The notes: generated from the letters alone by a model not told the origin. DNA of 64,000 nt from Macrostomum lignano (GCA_002269645.1 NIVC01000356.1:558001-622000), one strand, 5' to 3'; positions 1 through 13,189 are shown, counted from the first letter of the stretch. Numbers and translations are program-made.

Positions 1-545
1 AACAAAAAAATACGCTTGTAATTCGTGATAGCAGCACGCGAGTATTCGTAGCAATCTATTTTAGCAGTACACAAATATAAAGTAGAAATCTAAATGAATG
101 AAAATTTACAGTTAGAAAACAGAATGTACACGCAAATTTAATTAATGTACCAGCTACTCATTGACTTGTATATTAACAAAACACACTTATTTCTACAACA
201 TAATAACAGCTACTAGTTGAAAGACGGTGATTCGCACGGACGGAACCAAATTAAAGTAGATAAAAAATACAGACAAATACATGCCTTAGTTAGGTACACA
301 TATTTACCTATGGCGATTGGCAACTGGAGTTATATTCAAAATTAAATTAAGTGCAAACAAACTCAGATGATTTATTTTTAGGTAGAGAAAGATCAGGGCA
401 CCAAGAAGGTCCACGCTTCTACGGTAGTACCGTAAGACACTGAGGCAGTTAGTTTATCAAAGACTGTTCGGTCCTGCCTCCTGATATATAGTCTGGTTTT
501 TAGTCTAATGTCAGGTAATTATACAAGATACCGATACCTACACGA

Positions 546-1092
546 AGCAGTCTATGGTCAGGTATTCAGAGCAGTCTATGGTCAGGTACTCAGAGCAGTC
601 TATGGTCAGGTACTCAGAGCAGTCTATGGTCAGGTACTCAGAGCAGTCTATGGGCAGGCACTCAGAGCAGTCTATGGTCAGGTACTCAGAGCAGTCTATG
701 GTCAGGTACTCAGAGCAGTCTATGGTCAGGCACTCAGAGCAGTCTATGGTCAGGTACTCAGAGCAGTCTATGGTCAGGCACTCAGAGCAGTCTATGGTCA
801 GGTACTCAGAGCAGTCTATGGTCAGGTACTCAGAGCAGTCTATGGGCAGGCACTCAGAGCAGTCTATGGTCAGGTACTCAGAGCAGTCCATGGTCAGGTA
901 CTCAGAGCAGTCCATGGTCAGGTACTCAGAGCAGTCTATGGTCAGGTACTCAGAGCAGTCCATGGTCAGGTACTCAGAGCAGTCCATGGTCAGGTACTCA
1001 GAGCAGTCCATGGTCAGGTACTCAGAGCAGTCCATGGTCAGGTACTCAGAGCAGTCTATGGTCAGGTACTCAGAACAGTGTATGGTCAGGTC
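546..1092. repeat. 24-bp minisatellite (CTCAGAGCAGTCTATGGTCAGGTA), ~23 copies, in the CEP164 3' UTR
   Basis: Direct periodicity; the array ends on the CEP164 stop codon. A minus-strand AATAAA lies at 371-376. Confidence 0.95.
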
Positions 1093-4000
1093 TGATGCGG
1101 AGGCGGCGGCTGTCTCACCCCAGTGGCCGGATGGCCATTAGAGCGGCTAAAGCGATTAAGCCAGGCCCTGTGCCTGGCCAGCTTGTCCTCAGTTGACATG
1201 CCGGGCGTCACGGAGAACGCGGCCAAAGGCGACGCCAGCGAAGACGGCGGCGGAGGCGTACGAGGTGTGTTTAAGGACGACGGCGACGCCGGAGTTGGCG
1301 GAGTTGACACCAGCAGCAGCCGAGAGTCCATCATTGTCGTCGTGGTGACGGTCGGCTTTCTAGCCAGTCGCCAATCAAATGAAGTTGGCAAAAGCAGCGG
1401 CGAAGGCTGCTGCAAAGCAGGCGGGGGCGCCTGCGGCGGCTGCTGCTGCATAGAGACTAAGCCCATGATCCGTTCAACATCGCTGTTGAGCCGATTCAAT
1501 GAGCTCAGAATGTCGGCAGACGAATCGATGGGATTTGGACTGTGTGGCGGCTGCTGCTGCTGATTCAGGCGGTGACTGCGGCTGCCGCGGCGCTGCCGAC
1601 TCGGCTGTCGGTGGCCGCCGCTGCTGCTGTTGTTGCCCTGATCGGCGGCCAGCTGATGATGGGAGTGGTGCGGGACTCGATCGCGCCTGCGGCTGGATTG
1701 TCGATCGCTGAATGTTCGTAGCGTAGGGGGAGGGGGAGGGGAGTGAAGGCTGACGTTAAGAAATATGCAGCAGCAGTGAGCACCCAAAACTAGCGGCCGA
1801 ATTTGTCCTCAGATTCTCAGTCCGATTGACGATTGCACACAAAACTCCAACCGATTGCACACAAAACTCCAACAGATTGCACACAAAACTCCAACAGATT
1901 GCACACAAAACTCCAACAGATTGCACACAAAACTCCAACAGATTGCACACAAAACTCCAACAGATTGCACACAAAACTCCAACCGATTGCACACAAAGCT
2001 CCAACCGATTGCACACAAAGCTCCAACCGATTGCACACAAAGCTCCAACCGATTGCACACAAAGCTCCAACCGATTGCACACAAAGCTCCAACCGATTGC
2101 ACACAAAGCTCCAACCGATTGCACACAAATCTCCAACCGATTGCACACAAAGCTCCAACCGATTGCACACAAAGCTCCAACCGATTGCACACAACTCCAA
2201 CCGATTGCACACAAAACTCCAACAGATTGCACACAAAATTCCAACAGATTGCACACAAAGCTCCAATCGATTGCACACAAAGCTCCAACCGATTGCACAA
2301 AACTCCAACAGATTGCACACAACTTCTTGTCTAGCTACTATTCATCAGGCAATCTCTGATATGTGTACATGAGAAATGGAACTAACTGGTCAATCAAGGA
2401 ATAGTGAACCGCAATAAACTCACTGAAATGCTGCTTCCCGAAAGCCGCCACCGTTGCTCAAGTCGTTCAGGCTGGCGTCCTCAGCACCGCTACTGGCCTC
2501 ATCATACTCATCGTTGGAATCGTCAACAGCCAGCGCTGGCAGGCTGCGCGACTTATTAGCCAAGGACTGCCAATCGATGTCCATGAAGCCGCCGGTTCCC
2601 CGGTGCCGACCGTTGCCAGTCGGCGTGGCGAAGCCCAGCGGATCCGAGGCCCCGGCCGAGGCTGCCCCGTCGGCGGCGCCGCGGATTTTCACCCGCCTCT
2701 GCCGGTGCGGCGCCGCAACGGGCCGCTCTGGCGACCGCTGCTGCTGGATGGCCAGCCGGCGCAAGCCGTTGCCGCCGCTCCAGCCGCCACTTGTCGGAGC
2801 CGTCTGACGTCGTAGAAATTCGCGAGCTCGACACAATGAATCCGACTCGTCTGGCTCCGCTGCTGCCGCTGCCGCTGCCGCTGTTTCCTCCTCCTCCAGT
2901 CGACGCGCTGCCGACGCCGAAGCCGCCGCTGCATCCTTGGCGGCCGCCAATTCCGCCTCCATCGCCGACTTTGCTTCAAGCAGCTCAGCTCGTTCAGCAG
3001 TCAGCTTCTCTAATTCTGCGCGCGCCGCGCTACGCTGCGCCGACAGAGCGCGCAACTCCGCTTCGAGAGTTGCCCGACGCTGCTCCGCCTCTGTCAGGGC
3101 CGACAGCGACAGTTCGCGTCCTTTCTCGGCGTCCGCCGCCTCAGCCTCGGCTGCCGCTTTTTGCCGCTCCGCAGCCGCAGTGGCAGCTTCGACTGCCGCC
3201 TGACGTCGCTCCGCCTCAGCGGCCGCCGCTACAGCTGCCGATTTCCGCCCTTCCGCCTCCTGGGCCGCCGCTTCGGCTCTGTCCGCTGCCCCGGTCGCCG
3301 CCGCTCGCCGCTGCTTCGCTGCCGCTTCAATGCCGGCCAGCTCGGCTTGGCAGCGCCGCTCCGCTTCCTGACGCCGTTTAGCCGACTCGTCCTCGAGCTC
3401 CTGGCGGAGGCACTCCAGCCTGAGCGCGTGCCGCTGCTCAGCCGCCTCCAGCTCCGCTTCGAGACGATTGCGCAGCTCTTTCAGGCGCCGTTCGCCGGCG
3501 GCAGCTGCTTCAGCTGCCGCCTCGGCCTCGGGCCGCTCGGCAACCAGACCGGGCTCCAGCGGAGTTCGCGGCGTTGTAGCGCCCGCCGCCGCGCGCGGAG
3601 TTTTCAACGGCGCAGGCTCGACTGGAAATGGCGGCTTCCTCGGCGAGAAGCCGCTGACGCTGCCGTCAAGATCGGTTGAGAGCCGCTGCTCCTGATTGTT
3701 GCTCAGCCGCAGGCTATTCGCGGGACTGTCGAAGTCGTGCTGCTGCTGGTACATCTCGATGCGCGCCGAGGCCTCCTTGTCTACCCGGAAGAAGTCTTCT
3801 CCGGCCGAGCCTTCCTCATCCTCATCCGCTGCTGCCGCTTTCGGTCGCGGAATGTCCGTCGATGAGGAACTGGCGGACGATCCAGACGGAGCGCCGTCGC
3901 CCCGCCCGGCGGCCGAGTGACTGACGCCGCGGCCTCCGCCACCGTCCGATTCGTCGGTCTCAACGTACTCTCTAGCCGCGAACTCGTGCGGCCGCATCAG

Positions 4001-5036
4001 GCTGAGCCGGCTGCTTAACGGCTGATTGGCCGCAGCGTCCGCCGCCGAGCCGTCGTCGTCGTCATCGGCAACATCGGCGTCGACAGAGTCGGCCAGCGGT
4101 CCGCCGCTGCCGCCAAGGCGGAGGCGGATTCGCTCAGCTCGGACAAGAGCTCGGTAGTGCTCATCGCACGGATGCTCCCAGCTGGACTGGCCGGTGACAA
4201 AGTTGAAATAGTAGATGGCCTCCTCGGACTTGGACAGGTCCTGCCGATAGCGAAGGGTTGGGTTCGAGGGTGAGGAAAGCAAGTTCGGGTTCGAATCAAG
4301 CGGTACCTAGAGTCTAGACCAAGAAGCGCTACAGAGTCACTTGTGCCGCCCCAGAACCGTTTGCAGGTAACACAGGTAGAATAGGAAAGAATTGACTCTG
4401 GACGACTCTGAGACGACAAGATGTGCTGTACAAGTCGCCAAAAAGTCGTCAAAGAGTTCGCTGTAGTACTGAGTTGTGTTTGAAGTGCATTTGTACGTTC
4501 TCCAGTCGCTAACAAGTCGCAGAATAAGCGCTTCAGCGTCACTGTAGAATCGTTAGTGCGTCACCTTTTGAACTCTAATTGCACTCTAACTATCCTACTG
4601 AGTTAGTAGAAAGTTAAGCACCATAACAATGATCACAAGAGTCGCCCCAGAGTTGGAGATTTTTCAATTAGATTGATATTTTGGTGAAAATGAAGAGACT
4701 TCCATTATTGAAGCATGCAGCACACACCTGAACAGGACGCCAGTCGGGCGGTAGAGGCGCCACCAGACCCTCCTTGGCCAGGTGCATCAGCTGCGGCTCC
4801 CTATCCGGATCGATGCCGATTGTTCGCGCATAATCCAGCAGCTCCTCCTCAGTTGGCTGATAGTCTTCAACCACCTCCTCCAGCACCAGCTGGGTGGTCT
4901 CCTCGTCAGTCTCCTCGCCGTCCTCCTCGCCGCTATCGTCGTCCTCCTCCTCGTCGTCGTCGTCAGCTTGTTCTTCGCCTTCGTCGATGTAGCGGGGCGG
5001 CTTCTGCATCGCCGCCGAGGAGCCCGCGACAGGCAT
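1086..5036 (-). CDS. CEP164: Centrosomal protein CEP164 homolog, 3 exons (5036-4728, 4240-2424, 1749-1086), ~929 aa
   Basis: The spliced N-terminus [47 protein letters not shown]|[33 protein letters not shown] matches the CEP164 N-terminal WW region and is followed by an Ala/Glu coiled coil. Junctions CAG|GTGTGT..CAG|GAC (phase 0) and TTTCA|GTGAGT..CAG|C (phase 2) give an open 2790-nt frame. Confidence 0.9.
1830..2322. repeat. 22-bp minisatellite (CCGATTGCACACAAAACTCCAA) filling CEP164 intron 2
   Basis: Direct periodicity, ~22 copies. Confidence 0.95.
4320..4660. repeat. Dispersed repeat fragment (GACTCT/AGAGTC-rich) in CEP164 intron 1, related to 8560-9210
   Basis: CAGAGTCACTTGTGCCGCCCCAGA..TTGCAGGTAACACAGGTA at ~4333-4380 matches the reverse complement of ~9140-9200. 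Confidence 0.55.
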
Positions 5037-5179
5037 GAGGAAGGCGGAACCGTTGAAGCCCTCGCCTGCGTCTGCTTGCTGTTAGACTGAATTCTGCTGG
5101 GTTGTTGGCAGGCTGTTCGGGGCTGAAGAAAAAGGCAGGTGAGACGCACTGTATGGTTATACTAATATAGCCTCTTTTA

Positions 5180-6500
5180 ATGACTTCCTTTCTCTCTCCC
5201 CCTTCCCTCTCTATCATTCTCATTTCCCCTCTCTATCATTCTCATTTCCCCTCTTTCATTCTCATTTTCCCTTTCTATCATTCTCATTTCCCCTCTTATC
5301 CATTCTCATTTCCCCTCTCTTTCATTCTCGGTTCCCCTCTCTTTCATTCTCATTTCCTCTCTCATCCATTCTCATTTTCCCTCTCTTTCATTCTCATTTC
5401 CCCTCTCTTTCATTCTCAATTCCCCTCTCTTTCATTCTCATTTCCCCTCTCTTTCCTTCTCATTTCCCCTCTCTTTCATTCTCATTTCTCCTCTCTATCA
5501 TTCTCATTTTCCCTCTCTTTCATTCTCAATTCCCCTCTCCTTTTCAGTTCCCCTCTCTTTCATTCTCAATTCCCATCTCTTTCCTTCTCAGTTCCCCTCT
5601 CTTTCATTCTCAATTACCATCTCTTTCCTTCTCAGTTCCCCTCTCTTTCATTCTCAATTCCCCTCTCTTTCCTTCTCAGTTCCCCTCTCTTTCATTCTCA
5701 ATTCCCATCTCTTTCCTTTTCAGTTCGCCTCTCTTTCCTTCTCAATTCCCCTCTCTTTCCTTCTCAGTTCCCCTCTCTTTCATTCTCAATTCCCCTCTCT
5801 TTCCTTCTCAGTTCCCCTCTCTTTCATTCTCAATTCCCATCTCTTTCCTTTTCAGTTCGCCTCTCTTTCCTTCTCAATTCCCCTCTCTTTCCTTCTCAGT
5901 TCCCCTCTCTTTCATTCTCAATTCCCCTCTCTTTCCTTCTCAGTTCCCCTCTCTTTCATTCTCAATTCCCCTCTCTTTCCTTCTCAGTTCCCCTCTCTTT
6001 CATTCTCAATTCCCATCTCTTTCCTTTTCAGTTCGCCTCTCTTTCCTTCTCAATTCCCCTCTCTTTCCTTCTCAGTTCCCCTCTCTTTCATTCTCAATTC
6101 CCCTCTCTTTCCTTCTCAGTTCCCCTCTCTTTCATTCTCAATTCCCCTCTCTTTCCTTCTCAGTTCCCCTCTCTTTCATTCTCAATTCCCATCTCTTTCC
6201 TTTTCAGTTCGCCTCTCTTTCCTTCTCAATTCCCCTCTCTTTCCTTCTCAGTTCCCCTCTCTTTCATTCTCAATTCCCCTCTCTTTCCTTCTCAGTTCCC
6301 CTCTCTTTCATTCTCAATTCCCCTCTCTTTCCTTCTCAGTTCCCCTCTCTTTCATTCTCAATTCCCATCTCTTTCCTTTTCAGTTCGCCTCTCTTTCCTT
6401 CTCAATTCCCCTCTCTTTCCTTCTCAGTTCCCCTCTCTTTCATTCTCAATTCCCCTCTCTTTCCTTCTCAGTTCCCCTCTCTTTCATTCTCTTTCCCCCC
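5180..6500. repeat. Polypyrimidine 22-bp minisatellite (TTCTCAATTCCCCTCTCTTTCC / TTCTCAGTTCCCCTCTCTTTCA)
   Basis: Direct periodicity, almost purely C/T on the + strand; starts ~150 bp upstream of the CEP164 ATG. Confidence 0.9.
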
Positions 6501-7855
6501 CTCTTCTCTTCTTAGCTCCCTCTCTTTTCTACTCTTCCATCTAGTAACTACTCAAATGCAACTCTATCAACAAGTATCTATCCAAGCAGTCAGTTATCTA
6601 GTAATCAAAGGTTACAGAAAAGTAGCTTTTCAGACGCGAAATAAAACGTAACTGTTTAAAACGTGTTTATAAATTAGCCAGTCAATGATCAAGCTTCTTA
6701 GTCGAGTGGTTTGTTGTGTGTCTTCCATAAAAGCTCATGCAATAACTGATAAGTGGTAAGCACGTATGCACTTTTACTAAGATATTGTCGAGAAGAATTT
6801 CTTAATAAATCATGCAGTCGCGTCACTTTGACTTCATGAAAGGTGAGCAGTCTTACCTGTTAGTCCCTGATAAGTAACGAATCACAAAATGACCAGATAA
6901 GAGAAGTCTGTCAGTCTATCAGAGAAAAACTGAGCAACCATAATCAGTTGATAAGCACCCCACTGAAAGTCTGCTAAGCTCACAGCCAGAGCGATGAGCA
7001 GCTGTCAGAGCAGCTCAATTTAATTTAAGAGCACGGCACGCATAGGCCAATATTATTTTCTCAGCTCTCGCTTACTCTGAGGCCAGCCCAGTATTGTTCA
7101 GTACTGTTTGCACAGTGCTGGGGTGTGTCGTCTGCTCAAGTATTTAGAAGCCGCTAAGTGCTCGAGCTATTATCGCACAGTATGTGCAGCTCGGGTACAC
7201 CAACCCCCCCAGCCCACGCACTGCCTCTTGCATCTCGTACTCTGCCTAGTCAGCTCGCAACCAAGATCAAATTAAAGCTATAGGCAGATGGAATTTTGGC
7301 AGGCAAACTTTGGAGACTATTTAGACAGATGGCCCCACCCTGCGCCAACGGTGCAGGAGAGGTTTCGGAGCATTTTAATAAGTGTTTTAGAAAGACAGTT
7401 CCACCTAATAGAGCCAAGATGCAGACAAACAATGAGCAGAGCCTGTACATAACGAGTAGAACAGGTGCAAAGTAACTAGGCTTTGTTGATCTCTGCTTGC
7501 TATTGTGCATTATTTTTTGTTCGTAAAATGTGCTTGTACCGTGACTGTCTGACCGAAGGTCACATTACTACTGAAACTGAATTATCAATAAACCGGGTTG
7601 CGATTTTTAGCTTCTAAATTGGACAAAGAGAGCTTCCCACCAGGAAGGACAGAGATAAGGATAACAAGATTGAACCAGACAGAGATGGAGAGAAAACAGA
7701 GTGAATAGAGAGAAGTGCAGATGAACTAAGAAATTCGCGACATCATCTATCTTAAGATGCAAGAGAAAAAAGACTCGTTGATTCAGGTTTGGCAGAGCAA
7801 ACTCATGAGCACAATACGAGCTATCTAGTATGTTGGATACCCAGGGAACAGAATA

Positions 7856-8475
7856 TATACTCAGCAACAGCTAAACCCCCCCCCCCAACTCACGCTGTCA
7901 CACGGGCACAAAAGTTAAGCAATGTCTTTAATTCTAGTCTCAGTATCGTGTGTAGGAACCACGAGCATGCAAAAGTGCCGTGACTCGTCGTGGCATCCTG
8001 ATCACCAGCCGGTTGATGAACTCTTGGGGCAGCTGCTGCCAGGCATTCAGCACCGCCAGTCGCAACTGTTCAGCATTCTGTGGGGCATCCTGCTGAACTC
8101 TTCCTTTACAAAGTCCCAGACATGCTCGATGGGGTTCATGTCTGGAGACTTTGACGGCCAGTTCAATGTGCGAATGCCGAGCTGCTCCTTCAGCAGCTGC
8201 ACGTGTGCTGCTCGATGTGGCGCAGCGTTGTCGTCTTGAAGCATGCAGTTCTGCTGGCCGCCAAAGGTTGTCGTAGCAAATGGCAGAAACTTTGCAGCAA
8301 TGCAGCCACCAGTGGGTTGAGTTGCGCCACCCCCTCCCCAAATCCCCCATGCTGCACTTTGCGCTCGCGTCTGGCGGCGGCAGCCTTCACACATTTCTGA
8401 GTCACCGATGGCATACAAAACTTTTAGGCCGTGTGACAGCGTGAGTGGGGGGGGGTTTAGCTGTTGCTGAGTATA
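7856..8475 (-). mobile_element. Internally deleted Tc1 (DD34E) transposon, ~620 bp, with ~50-bp TIRs in TA context
   Basis: TIR TATACTCAGCAACAGCTAAACCCCC..ACTCACGCTGTCACACGG at both ends. The transposase remnant QDDNAAPHRA...WPSKSPDMNPIEHVW has 34 residues between D and E, then frameshifts into the C-terminus RMPRRVTALLHARGSYTRY. Confidence 0.9.
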
Positions 8476-8559
8476 TACAAAATTCGCAATCGGCCTTCTT
8501 TACGCTAGAAAATTGAAACATAAATGCCATGCTATTCCGTTGAAAACGTTACCGTGACA

Positions 8560-9210
8560 CTGTGACAAGAATCGCTAAAGTCATTTCAAACGCCTCACTA
8601 GTAACTCTAGGGGGACTTCTGGGGAGACTTTTGTGACTTTTTAACGACTCAAAGACGTCTGATGCGACGGAGAGGTGACTGTTGAGTCACGAACGCATCA
8701 CGAGAGTTGCAGAATCGTATAAGAGTCGCGAAAAGTCGTCCAAAAATCGACCATAAAGTGACGCAGATGTGATTTTGACGCGACTCAGTGATTCTACAGC
8801 GACTCAGGCACGCCTCAGACACGACTCTACTCTATGGCAACAGAAGAAGTGTCCCAGAGTGACTTGCGTCGCCCTAGAGTCGCAGGCAATAAAACGTCTT
8901 ATCAAATAGACTCTTAAGGCTGGTTCACACTACCATCTATGAAATGTTTTGAAATTCTGATTTGAACATTGATGGAACATTGATTTGAGCAATCTTGGAC
9001 CCGCAGTGGACCCGCAGAGCTAATAGAAGCAATGCGAACCAGGTCCTTAAAGGCGACTCTGTCTTTGATGAGATTTTTGCCAACTTTTACTGTAACATCT
9101 CATATTTTTAAAGCTGTTTAGAGCCACTTCTCTCCGATTTTACCTGTGTTACCTGCAACGACTCTGAACCAACTCTGGGGTGACACAAGTGACTCTGGGA
9201 CACTTCTTGT
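8560..9210. repeat. Dispersed foldback-like repeat with an internal ~30-bp inverted repeat
   Basis: AGAAGTGTCCCAGAGTGACTTGCGTCGCC (~8845) is inverted at ~9180-9208; related to 4320-4660. Confidence 0.5.
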
Positions 9211-10563
9211 CCTAGGTACCATTTTCATTGGATACTGTTCTGTCGCAACAGAAGAGTAGTTCCCACACACATGCACATGGAACAGTTTTTTGTGGAAGAA
9301 GAATTACTATAGAAACCACTTGAGCTGCAGATGTTAGATTCTTTGCACCTAGTCTTTGCATCTATCCCCTTTGGTTCAATTCTATGTGCCACCATATTTT
9401 ATTTTGAGCTTGTGTATGAAAATTAACCAGTGAGTTGTCATGAGATTCACGTGCATAAGCCCCCCCCCCCAAGGCTCAGAGTGTACATTCCTATTGATTT
9501 GAAAGTCAGGACTGCTGCACACCCTATGTGTGTCTGAGTATAAACACACTTGTACAAGTATGTGCTCAACAATTGGCATAATGGATGGCATTTAGCTTTT
9601 AATAATTGATAGCATATTGTATTATGAATATTAAATGTGAATATTGTTGAATATTATATTATATATATACTTACAATTATAGGCCTAGCTATTTTAAATA
9701 AAAAATAGCTAGGCCCCCTAGTGAAATCAAATTAGCTAAATATACAATGGCTATGTCTAACATACATGAATAAGATGCACTATAATATGCAATTAAAAAA
9801 TAGCTGTATACTTTTTAATGGGAGATTAAAATAAAAACTAAAGGTCTGAAAAATTGAAATAGCAAAATTTAATAAAGCCTAAGAGAGACAAAATATTTAA
9901 ACATTCATATTATATACAAAAGCAATAAAAATTTCTACAATTCCTTTCAATTGTCTTTGATTTTGTATCATTAAATAATTTTATACTTCTATATATATTT
10001 CAAATTCATTTTAATACTTTTATTTTCTAATAATGTAAAAACATATTGCTATCTAATATAATAGAATATAGTTTATATTAATAAATGCCTAAGGATGGCA
10101 TACTATTCTCTTTGGGTATATATTAGAAGTTTAGTATTGGGTCAATATATTTGGGATTGGCTAAGATTAGGATTTCAATTTTGGCTAGAATCCTTGAATT
10201 TAGGATTATAAAAGTGGGATCAAAATTTTGTATTTAAATAATGTCAAAATATGTAAGCAAGGTAGCTATATAAACTTACCTTAGTTTATATTAAAAAATT
10301 TACATATGTATGTATAATATAATATAGGCCAAATTGCTAGCAATTCTAAAGAAGTGCATATTTAATTTTTTTTCAACTAATGAATACCAAAGCATAGGCC
10401 TATTTATTGACATTGTGATATGAAACACATTTATTTAGTGACACAAATCTAATTTATAAACACAGTGTAAGATCAAGATGGCCACATACCAAGATGGCCA
10501 TAGCTGGGGTGGGGGTCACAGAAAATGACAACTGGTTTTCTATTGGATAGCTTCAGGTAGGGA

Positions 10564-10860
10564 CATACATGCGCAACCTCCAAAATTCGGTCGGCCATGC
10601 GACTTAGTTTTAACAAAAATGCGACGTAGTTTTTGGCCAAAAATGCGACTTAGATGTAAAAAACCCTAAAGCAAAATTAACGCAACTTTGGGTAAACGGT
10701 AGGAGTAACTATGACTGTATTATTAGGTCAAAATGCCTCGTCAGCTACTTAGTACTACTACTTGGTTATTTTTTCGGGTGGGCATTTTTGCGACTTCCTT
10801 GGTTGGCCGCCAAATCGGTCGGCCGGACCGGCCGACTCGGCCGACTGTTGCGCATGTATG
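10564..10860 (+). mobile_element. MITE (hAT-like, 297 bp) carrying a 28S rRNA-like core
   Basis: Perfect 14-bp TIR CATACATGCGCAAC; 8-bp TSD GGTAGGGA at 10556-10563 and 10861-10868; 28S-like segment at 10690-10753. Confidence 0.9.
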
Positions 10861-11887
10861 GGTAGGGAGATGTGGGGTTACAATGGTGGGGGGTTCAACA
10901 GGCAGTCAAAATTTTATTAGTATATTGTAGGGTTAAAGACAAAAATGGTTAAGAGTCTTAATTTTCTACTTATAGTAGGCCCCTAAGAGGAGTAAACATA
11001 TTCTAGCTTCTAGGCCTGATGTAACTGCCATGGGAGCACAATAAAAGTTGGCAGAGATGGATGTCTAGCCATCTAGTTATTACAAGTGATGATCAAGGAT
11101 TTGATCAGATGATCTAAAAGTATTAATTATAATTAAACTAAATAGTTTCATGTTATTAAATGTCTTCCATCACAATAAACACCTGGGTTTTTGTTAAAAT
11201 TTTTATGCCATTGGCATAATAGCATCAAAATTGTTAGGCCTATGCCATTTTCAATTTCAACATGTCATTGCCATTGGCATAAAAGGTAAAATAGCACTTT
11301 GTGAGCCTATATTAGTGTTTCCTTTCAGATTGATTCACATGGGAATGATAATAGCTTGCCAGTTTGGCAACTAGCAGGCATGTCATTGGCATCTAATGTG
11401 GCAATGGCATAAAGGCAAAAAAAATATTATGCCACCATCAAAATCATTATGCCATTTTTAATTTTGACATGTCATGGCATGCCTAACATAAAAACCTAGA
11501 TAAATATGCTTTGGCATTCATTTAAGTTGAAAAATAATTAAAAATGCATTTCTTTACAAATGCCAAATTGCCAATCATGTTATATGCATACTAGATAAAA
11601 AACAAAGGCTTAAACCATTTTTACATTAGTAAACAAAGTAAAAATGGCATTATTTGCATCTATTTGATCATCATGACAACTTGCTTTATACAAAAATGTA
11701 TATATCATAGCAAACATACTTATGTAAACAAAATATAACTAGCTTCAATAAATAATTAAAAATAATTCAACCCTTTTGGAATAATATAGAAAACCTGCAG
11801 ACATGTGACATAGGGTCTAAAATTGTAGCTCAAAAAATTCGATGTGACATAGAACATGGTAACTTTTGCATTGAATATATATATAGT

Positions 11888-11950
11888 ACTAATTAGATGA
11901 AGAGGCATTTAGCCTTATTAAGACAGTCATAATTACTCCTGTCATTTACC
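11888..11950 (-). repeat. Partial copy of the 28S-like MITE core
   Basis: Reverse complement reads GGTAAATGACAGGAGTAATTATGACTGTCTTAATAAGGCTAAATGCCTCTTCATCTAATTAGT. Confidence 0.75.
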
Positions 11951-12301
11951 TAAAACCTGCACCATGTTGCAATACCACCTGCTTTGACTCCAGCCCCAAA
12001 GCAACACTTGAAAATTCCAAAATTGCAATGGATGGTCAGACAGCAGATGCCTTTGTCCACTTATTCCAATATGATAATTAATATGTTTTGATTACCATAA
12101 TAATTAATATATGTTTTGACTAAAATTGTTAATTTAAATTATTCTATTTATTTATATCTGGCTTTAGTCTTTATATGTTCTAGAAGCATTTGGAGTGTTT
12201 GTTTATAATCATTTAGGATCATATATAGAGGAACTAGGCCTAGGCCAAATATGTATTTAGGCCAAAATGTTATTTTTAATCTATTCATACATATATAAGT
12301 A

Positions 12302-12599
12302 CCCTATTGCAGCGCATGGCTTAAGTACGCCAGACGCCTACACAACCTGCGCCACGCTGTGAAATGACTTACCTGTGAAAGAAACCCTAAAGCAAAATTA
12401 ACGCAGTTTTGGGTAAACGGCAGGAGCAACTATGACCGTCTTATCAAGCCTAAATGCCTCGGCATCTAATTAGTACTACGCCCGTATTCTATGGGGTGGC
12501 ATTTTTGCGACTTACCCCTGGTCTACCACCAATGCTGCGCCGCGCAGGCTGATCCGCGCCAGACGCCGTCCGCCAAAATGCCCATGCGCTGCAATCAGA
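12302..12599 (+). mobile_element. MITE (~298 bp) with different TIRs but the same 28S-like core
   Basis: Inverted ATTGCAGCGCATGG near both ends; TATAAGTA repeated on both flanks (8-bp TSD, could be 9); 28S-like core at 12411-12474. Confidence 0.8.
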
Positions 12600-12724
12600 T
12601 ATAAGTATATACCACTTTCTTTGACTATTTTGAGTCTTAACCAAAGTATATGATTATATTTAACTGAGAATTAACTGAAAACTAAGAACTGAGAACTTAG
12701 GGAAACTGAGAATCATGATTAGCA

Positions 12725-13189
12725 CCATAGTCCGGATCATGGCCTGCATGCCAAATTAATTTGGCGTACAGTCACCCCTTGATAACTCTATTGGCGTACA
12801 TTGGCATACAACCAAAAAATTGGGCCCTACCTATTGGCATGAGTGGCGTACACACTGTTGCTCTTGCAACTTGCAATGTAATATACATAAACATTGGTAT
12901 TTTTTAGGAATTTGCACGATAATTTAAAAAATGGAATTTTTTGTTTTGTTTTTGTTAGAAATACATTCATTTTAACAAAATATATTCCCATCTATTGTTC
13001 TATTGAATAATTTTAATATTCTAATAACTATTCAACTTTTTATTAAATAGTTTTGAAGTAGGAAATTTGTACCTGTAAAAGTGGCATACAGTTAGGGAAG
13101 GCAGAAAAAATTTGGCATACATTGGCATGCAAACTGTGGATCTATCAAGTTTTAGTTTGGCATACACCCTGCCATGATCCGGACTATAG
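12725..13189. mobile_element. hAT-like MITE, 465 bp
   Basis: TIR ATAGTCCGGATCATGGC; 8-bp TSD GATTAGCA at 12717-12724 and 13190-13197; internal TGGCATACA/TGGCGTACA motifs. Confidence 0.85.

Noticed and set aside
508-2372. Repetitive ORFs in several frames ([16 protein letters not shown] etc.), and similar ones at 5180, 19.8k, 24.4k, 36.1k, 41.6k, 46.2k, 47.6k and 60-61.9k
   Set aside because: These are translations of stop-free minisatellite units, open on several frames and both strands, and mostly lie in introns or UTRs of the modelled genes.
6950-7610. Possible solo LTR
   Set aside because: No second copy, TSD or primer-binding site could be identified.
10690-10753. Functional rRNA gene or conserved helix-69 mimic
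   Set aside because: Only ~65 bp match 28S, and the substitutions break the H69 stem without compensation; treated as captured cargo.
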